This document shows, in pieces, positions 41,086 to 45,904 of a stretch of DNA of 45,904 bases. Made by a program: the position numbers and the translations under genes. Within the stretch, counting starts at the first letter, position 1. The number at the start of each line of letters is the position of its first letter. The notes beneath the pieces are model-generated. The model saw nothing but the letters and a program-made list of their open reading frames with translations. It searched no databases and was not told the origin of the DNA. Source of the stretch: Gammaproteobacteria bacterium. GTDB taxonomy: Bacteria; Pseudomonadota; Gammaproteobacteria; SZUA-152. The stretch covers positions 1-45,904 of the forward strand of contig JAJDNG010000196.1 of assembly GCA_022340845.1 (NCBI GenBank), read 5' to 3'.

Positions 41086-41900
41086 TTCGTTCAGCGACCG
41101 GATCTTCCGGTTATTCCAAATTCGCTTACCGCGCAGTCATCGGTAAGGTAGTGATCGGCGTGGCAACGTTAACCATGTTGGTCCCATTGCTGGGGTGGTC
41201 GGCGGAATACGAGGCGGTATTGGATTGGAACCGAAAATCCAAACTCAGCACGCCGGTATCGGGTGTGGTTGCGAACGTCAGCGTTCGCCCCGGTGACCGG
41301 GTGGCACAAGGCGACATATTACTGCAACTGGATAACAGCGTTATCAAAGCCAATCTGGAAAAATCCAAAGCGGATGTGCAGCACTATGAGCGATTATACA
41401 AAGAAGCCGAGCGTGAGCTGGAGCGTAATAAGGAATTGTATGATCGCACGGTGTTATCGGATCACGAACTGGAATTAGCGCATATTGCTTTTACCCAGGC
41501 CACCGCGCAGTTGAAATCCGCGCAAGCACAAATGGAGAAAATGGCATTTGATTTACGCCATAGCGAAATAACGGCACCTTTTAACGGCATTGTGGTAGCG
41601 CGCAATGTCAATGAAGGGGAAACCATTGTCAGCAGCGAAACAGCGCCAGTGTTAATCGAAGTGGCTGAAGCCGATGTGATGGTCGCCGGGTTTCAAGTGT
41701 CAGGTGGCCAACTGGGAAAATTTAAAATGGGCGAAAAAGCAACGGTTGCGGTGGGGGGGAATCAATATAAAGGGGAAGTTTCCGCCGTAGGGTTCGAACC
41801 CGTTGCCAAATCCGGTAATCGGTACCTTATCAACGTGCGGTTTGATACCAAAAGTCGATTGCTGCGCGCTGGTCGCTCGGCCAAGGTAATTGTACCGTGA
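41082..41900 (+). CDS. Short HlyD/MFP-family periplasmic adaptor protein
   Basis: 272 aa with an N-terminal TM anchor, a lipoyl-like motif (VSGVVANVSVRPGDRVAQGDILLQLD), an alpha-hairpin and a second lipoyl half (ITAPFNGIVVARNVNEGE). ATGA overlap with tolC. Confidence 0.88.
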   Translation: MIRSATGSSGYSKFAYRAVIGKVVIGVATLTMLVPLLGWSAEYEAVLDWNRKSKLSTPVSGVVANVSVRPGDRVAQGDILLQLDNSVIKANLEKSKADVQHYERLYKEAERELERNKELYDRTVLSDHELELAHIAFTQATAQLKSAQAQMEKMAFDLRHSEITAPFNGIVVARNVNEGETIVSSETAPVLIEVAEADVMVAGFQVSGGQLGKFKMGEKATVAVGGNQYKGEVSAVGFEPVAKSGNRYLINVRFDTKSRLLRAGRSAKVIVP

Positions 41901-42169
41901 CCTACTGTGTAAAATGTTTGGTCTCCGGTAAAGTGCAAGGTGTCTGGTTCAGGGGAAACACCCAAAATCAAGCGCAACAACTGGGACTTACCGGATACGT
42001 GCATAACCTGCCTGATGGCCGGGTGGAAGTGTTAGCTTGCGGTAACGCAGAGAATCTGCGGATCTTGCAAGACTGGTTGTGGCAAGGACCGCGCCTGGCC
42101 GAGGTGACTGACGTTCACTGCGAACCGGCCACTATCAATCCGCTGCCGGGTGAGTTTACGACTGGGTAA
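41897..42169 (+). CDS. acyP: Acylphosphatase
   Basis: 90 aa with the signature VSGKVQGVWFRGNTQ...A..L.LTGYV.N..DG.VEV...G. GTGA overlap with the adaptor gene. Confidence 0.88.
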   Translation: MTYCVKCLVSGKVQGVWFRGNTQNQAQQLGLTGYVHNLPDGRVEVLACGNAENLRILQDWLWQGPRLAEVTDVHCEPATINPLPGEFTTG

Positions 42170-42335
42170 TTTGCACCGGACTATTTATTTGCGCTGTGGC
42201 GATTGAGTTGAGGAGAGACTGCACGGTGCAATTTGTCAATCACCAGAACACCTTGGCTAGTGCTGCAATCTCGCTGGATCTGTTCAGTAACTGCAAAACC
42301 TTTTCTAATAAATTCAATTGCTAACCTCCAATGTC

Positions 42336-42362
42336 ATGTCACAAATTGTGGAAATGTGACAT
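42336..42362. promoter_or_regulatory. Inverted repeat (candidate operator) upstream of the protease locus
   Basis: ATGTCACA(42336-42343) - 11 nt - TGTGACAT(42355-42362), a perfect pair of 8-bp arms about 220 bp upstream of the ORF start at 42581. Confidence 0.3.
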
Positions 42363-42580
42363 CGTATTAAAAAAATATGTGTGTCAGTTTGGAATAATTA
42401 CGCTAAGATGAAGTCCCGCTCATACGTTGGTCGCGGTAAACATTGTTGTTACGGCGTTTAGTCCGTGAAACCGGGGGGAATATTTTACGTGATTATTCGT
42501 TATTACCCTTATGTGCTACAGGAGGTGTGATATAGCATGTTGTCTTTTTCAATTCAAAGTAGAACAGTATTGAATGAATT

Positions 42581-43324
42581 GTGGTATTAAAATTGGGTAG
42601 TCAAACTGGATCGACAGGGTTTTTTACCGGTTTGTTTGCTGCTTTTCCGTCTCAACGTGCTGTATGTGCTAGTGCGCGTTATCTGCTGTGTATTGTTTGC
42701 TTACAGATAGTGTTTGCATGCACTACTGAAAGTAAACCCACCGAAAATCAGCCTACTGAATATAAAGCAGAGCATACTCCTGTTAGCTCCGCGGATACCC
42801 CGTCCGTACAGCACATACCGGTACCTCCCGTCTCTCACTACGCGCAATACGCTTATGCCTATCTTGAGCGAGAGAAACCCAAATACAATTTACAGGATCC
42901 ACGAGCACAACTGACATTTACCAGTGAAAGCGTAGATAAGCAACAAAATAAACACGTTAAATTCCAGCAAGTGCATCATGGCGTACCCGTATGGGGGCAT
43001 GAAATTTACGTTCACATTGACGAACACGACCGGGTTTACAATGTGAGCGGCCAAATCCTAACCGGGCTTGAGAACCTTGATCCAAAACCGTTGTTGCCGC
43101 CACAACGCGTCAACGTTATTATTGAGCAGCATGATCGATGGGGGAAACAAGGGTGGAAAATCGATCAAGGCGATTTGTATGTTCTCCAACATGACGATAC
43201 CAACTATTTAGCTTACGAATTAACGCTGGTAAAAGGGTTGTTGAGGGAGTTTTTGTTTGTGAATGCCGATACCGGCAGCATTATTCATAGGATTTCAGGT
43301 ACACCGACAGCCACTCGTTTTTAA
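42581..43324 (+). CDS. Stand-alone FTP + PepSY (M4 propeptide-like) lipoprotein; start uncertain
   Basis: 247-aa ORF (GTG start, no clear SD) with a lipobox-like LQIVFAC. The region NKHVKFQQVHHGVPVWGHEIYVHIDEHDRVYNVSG parallels the FTP motif in the downstream protease propeptide. The C-terminus (YELTLVKG...FVNADTGSIIHRI) is PepSY-like. Confidence 0.72.
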   Translation: MVLKLGSQTGSTGFFTGLFAAFPSQRAVCASARYLLCIVCLQIVFACTTESKPTENQPTEYKAEHTPVSSADTPSVQHIPVPPVSHYAQYAYAYLEREKPKYNLQDPRAQLTFTSESVDKQQNKHVKFQQVHHGVPVWGHEIYVHIDEHDRVYNVSGQILTGLENLDPKPLLPPQRVNVIIEQHDRWGKQGWKIDQGDLYVLQHDDTNYLAYELTLVKGLLREFLFVNADTGSIIHRISGTPTATRF

Positions 43325-43347
43325 GGTTAAAAAATTTTGGGTGATTT

Positions 43348-45904
43348 ATGATTCAAATTGTCAGCAGGGGAGCTAGGTTACGGCATTGTACCTTTGGATT
43401 GATCGCGGCTGTGGTAACTGTGCTGGTTTCGCAGGTGGCTTTGGCTGCAACAAATTATCAATTAACCACCCCACAACGATTGACTTTGAATCCTGGGGTG
43501 AACGGCCAAGGGTTGAACGATTTATCGCCGCGGGCAAGCGCTAAGTCTCACCGTAAATCCAAGCCAAGCACACAAACTTCGAATCCGGAATTGGTGGGTC
43601 AGCAGCTATATCAGTCATTAGTGCAAAAAAGTTCTTCGCGAGTTGGAATAAAAACAGCGAAAACCAGTTCCAATCGAACCGCTGCTGTTATCAATGATGC
43701 ACAACAACAAAACCTGCAGTCGCTTAATTTGCAACTCAAGGATAGCGGAGGAATTAAAGTATCCTTCGACAGTCGCAAAGGGACTCCCACGTTCATAAAG
43801 CCGAATAACACATCCATCAAACCCAAAATCACCAGTTTGGCGGGTGGGGTAACCACAGTCAAACCTTCTAAAGCGGCAATCGCCATGCAGTTTCTCAAGG
43901 ATAATCGCGCGCTATTAAAGCTGCAGAATCCTGAGTCCGAATTGCAACAAATCAGCCAAACTACCGATGCTCAGAATAAAACCCATATTCGCTTTCAACA
44001 AATGGTGAACGGCATTCCATTGTGGGGCAAACAGGCAGTGGTTCATGTGGATAACGACAACGGCGTGTATTTATTTCAGGGCCGTTACGAACCTACAATT
44101 AGCAATATCAATGTTGTCCCAAACATTACCGAGCAAGCGGCTGTCGAAAAAGTTCTGGCTGATCTGAACTTTTCCAGTGACCTGTCCGAACCGGCTCAGA
44201 CTGAATTGGTGGTCTATACATCTATAGGTGGTGCAGCGGTATTGACCTATAAAGTCGAACTCAGTCCCAAACTACAAGACCGCTGGATTTATTTTATCAA
44301 TGCGGCATCCGGTGCGGTGGTCCATAAAATTTTTAATATCCACAAAGAAGTTGTTCAGGCCAGCGGTTTGGGTGTAGACAATGTTTCGCACACGTTTAAC
44401 GCGTGGCATAGCCCTCAAGACGGTAGTTATTATCTCATTGATCCAGATACGCCCACCCTCGGTGGCAATGCTGATCCGGTGGCCGATGGTCCACGGCCAA
44501 GCGGTGATACTTATATACTAAGCGCTCAAAACGGTGATGGCAGTCAGTTGTTTTTTAATACTCATAATGCGCAGACCGGCTGGCAAGATGAAGTCGCGGT
44601 GAGCGCCGCGTATAACACTCGCGTGGTTTATGATTACTATGGCAATACATTCAATCGCAACAGTATCGACGGTAATGGCAAGAACCTGATGGTGGTAGTT
44701 CATTTCGAAAATAATCTCGACAATGCATTCTGGAACGGCACTTTTATGGTGTATGGTGACGGCGGCGGTGTATTCTCCCCGTTAGCCGGTTGTTTGGATG
44801 TGGCCGGTCACGAAATGACCCACGGCGTCATCGAAACCACCGCAGGATTGATTTATGAAAATCAAAGTGGCGCGTTAAACGAATCCTTCGCCGATGTTTT
44901 TGGAACCATGATAGACAGGGACGATTGGCTGTTGGGCGAGAATTGTACCCTGGTCAACCCTTTCCACTTGCGCAGCATGGCCGACCCGGCGAACGGCTTG
45001 GGTGGTGGGCAACCCACACATATGAACGAATACCAGAATTTGCCAAACACGCCTGACGGTGATAACGGTGGCGTGCACATCAACAGCGGTATTCCAAATC
45101 GGGCGGCGTATTTAATCGCAGATGGCCTCTCCATCGAAGGCATAGGTACGAGTATAGGACGGGGCCAAACGGAGCAGATTTATTATCTCGCGCTAACCAA
45201 TTATTTGACTCAGTCCTCCCAATTCATCGATGCCCGCCGCGCGCTGATCCAGGCTGCCGAAGACCTTCATGGCGCGAATTCGACTCAAGCCCTGTCGGTG
45301 TCAGCCGCATTTGATGCCGTAGGAATTACGGAAGGTGGTGCCGCAACTCCGCCTACACCTCCACCCACACCTACGGATCCTGTCACGGGCGAGGATATCA
45401 TGGTTTATCTCTATCCCTTTGATAGCGGGCATGAGGTTCCTCCCCCCAATGACCCACTTGAACGATTTGATTTATATACTCAAACGATTGGTGGATCAGT
45501 GGTAGGTCCATACAACGATCCTTTACACGGCGACCTTCCGGCAAACTATACACGACCTGCAGCGGTGACCACGCAATCTGGCACTTACTTTTTGTATGTT
45601 GCAACCGACAACAATGTTTATAAAGCAGTATTTGGTGATACGGATATTCAGCTGAGTTCGTCTGGGGATATATTCAGTATCGCTATCTCTCCTAATGAAC
45701 GATATATTGTCTACACTACAAATGACCCTAATGACAATAATATTTACGTCGCCGATTTCGAGAATAATGGCGCGACTTCGATTTATCCCATTTTATCTGA
45801 AGACTACCAAAACGGCAGCACTAGTGTACAGAATACTATTTTGTACGCTGATTCTTTGGCGTTTGATTATACCAGTAATTTAATTGTATTTGATGCCCTT
45901 AACT
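43348..45904 (+). CDS. Secreted M4 (thermolysin-like) zinc metalloprotease precursor, 3'-truncated by the window end
   Basis: This ORF is not in the supplied track because no stop is reached. I translated the frame from the ATG at 43348 by hand and it stays open to 45904. It has a signal peptide (…VALA/AT), an FTP/PepSY propeptide, HEMTH at 44809-44823, the Glu ligand in NESFADVFG (44881), GGVHINSGIPNRAAY, a Pro/Thr linker, and a further C-terminal domain. Confidence 0.92.
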   Translation, partial: MIQIVSRGARLRHCTFGLIAAVVTVLVSQVALAATNYQLTTPQRLTLNPGVNGQGLNDLSPRASAKSHRKSKPSTQTSNPELVGQQLYQSLVQKSSSRVGIKTAKTSSNRTAAVINDAQQQNLQSLNLQLKDSGGIKVSFDSRKGTPTFIKPNNTSIKPKITSLAGGVTTVKPSKAAIAMQFLKDNRALLKLQNPESELQQISQTTDAQNKTHIRFQQMVNGIPLWGKQAVVHVDNDNGVYLFQGRYEPTISNINVVPNITEQAAVEKVLADLNFSSDLSEPAQTELVVYTSIGGAAVLTYKVELSPKLQDRWIYFINAASGAVVHKIFNIHKEVVQASGLGVDNVSHTFNAWHSPQDGSYYLIDPDTPTLGGNADPVADGPRPSGDTYILSAQNGDGSQLFFNTHNAQTGWQDEVAVSAAYNTRVVYDYYGNTFNRNSIDGNGKNLMVVVHFENNLDNAFWNGTFMVYGDGGGVFSPLAGCLDVAGHEMTHGVIETTAGLIYENQSGALNESFADVFGTMIDRDDWLLGENCTLVNPFHLRSMADPANGLGGGQPTHMNEYQNLPNTPDGDNGGVHINSGIPNRAAYLIADGLSIEGIGTSIGRGQTEQIYYLALTNYLTQSSQFIDARRALIQAAEDLHGANSTQALSVSAAFDAVGITEGGAATPPTPPPTPTDPVTGEDIMVYLYPFDSGHEVPPPNDPLERFDLYTQTIGGSVVGPYNDPLHGDLPANYTRPAAVTTQSGTYFLYVATDNNVYKAVFGDTDIQLSSSGDIFSIAISPNERYIVYTTNDPNDNNIYVADFENNGATSIYPILSEDYQNGSTSVQNTILYADSLAFDYTSNLIVFDALN

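Noticed and set aside
42537-42590. 17-codon mini-ORF (MLSFSIQSRTVLNELWY) preceded by AGGAGG (42520-42525) and overlapping the GTG start of the FTP/PepSY gene
   Set aside because: The SD-to-ATG spacing is long (11 nt) and the peptide is unremarkable. It could be a leader peptide, but I cannot support this from sequence alone.

Overview
This is a 45.9-kb chromosomal window from a Gram-negative bacterium. Gene content (amgK-murU, a uvrY/gacA-type regulator, TolC, an outer-membrane beta-barrel ending in Phe) suggests Gammaproteobacteria, but the species cannot be named from sequence alone. The core (5.0-29.4 kb) is a large glycogen/alpha-glucan super-locus: glgB-glgX, pgl-glk, glgB2-glgA (minus strand), glgC-malQ, and a DUF3417-type alpha-glucan phosphorylase (minus strand). 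It is interrupted at 9.8-17.3 kb by unrelated genes: a YjbQ-family protein, a small OMP, a SET-domain methyltransferase, a disordered protein, a SHOCT-tailed membrane protein, a Sel1-repeat protein, and a hybrid histidine kinase carrying an in-frame 15-bp tandem repeat. The left flank holds a GNAT, a small AT-rich orphan gene, a YbjQ-YbjQ(TM)-M48 peptidase operon, and a solitary JetD/Toprim-like gene. The right flank holds an FGE-family lipoprotein, three consecutive receiver-domain proteins, an SDR, amgK-murU, uvrY/gacA, a tightly coupled TlpA-thioredoxin-TolC-MFP-acylphosphatase operon, and a stand-alone FTP/PepSY propeptide-like lipoprotein followed by an M4 (thermolysin-like) protease that runs off the window. 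I saw no rRNA, tRNA, CRISPR array, transposase or integrase. The most unusual items are: (a) the orphan JetD-like Toprim protein without JetABC; (b) the sensor-less, output-less triple-REC module; (c) the trans-encoded propeptide paralog beside an M4 protease that has a propeller-like C-terminal extension; (d) the pump-less TolC-MFP operon; and (e) short sequence motifs shared between the upstream regions of separate glycogen operons. All function calls rest on motif and family recognition by eye, and no database search was run.
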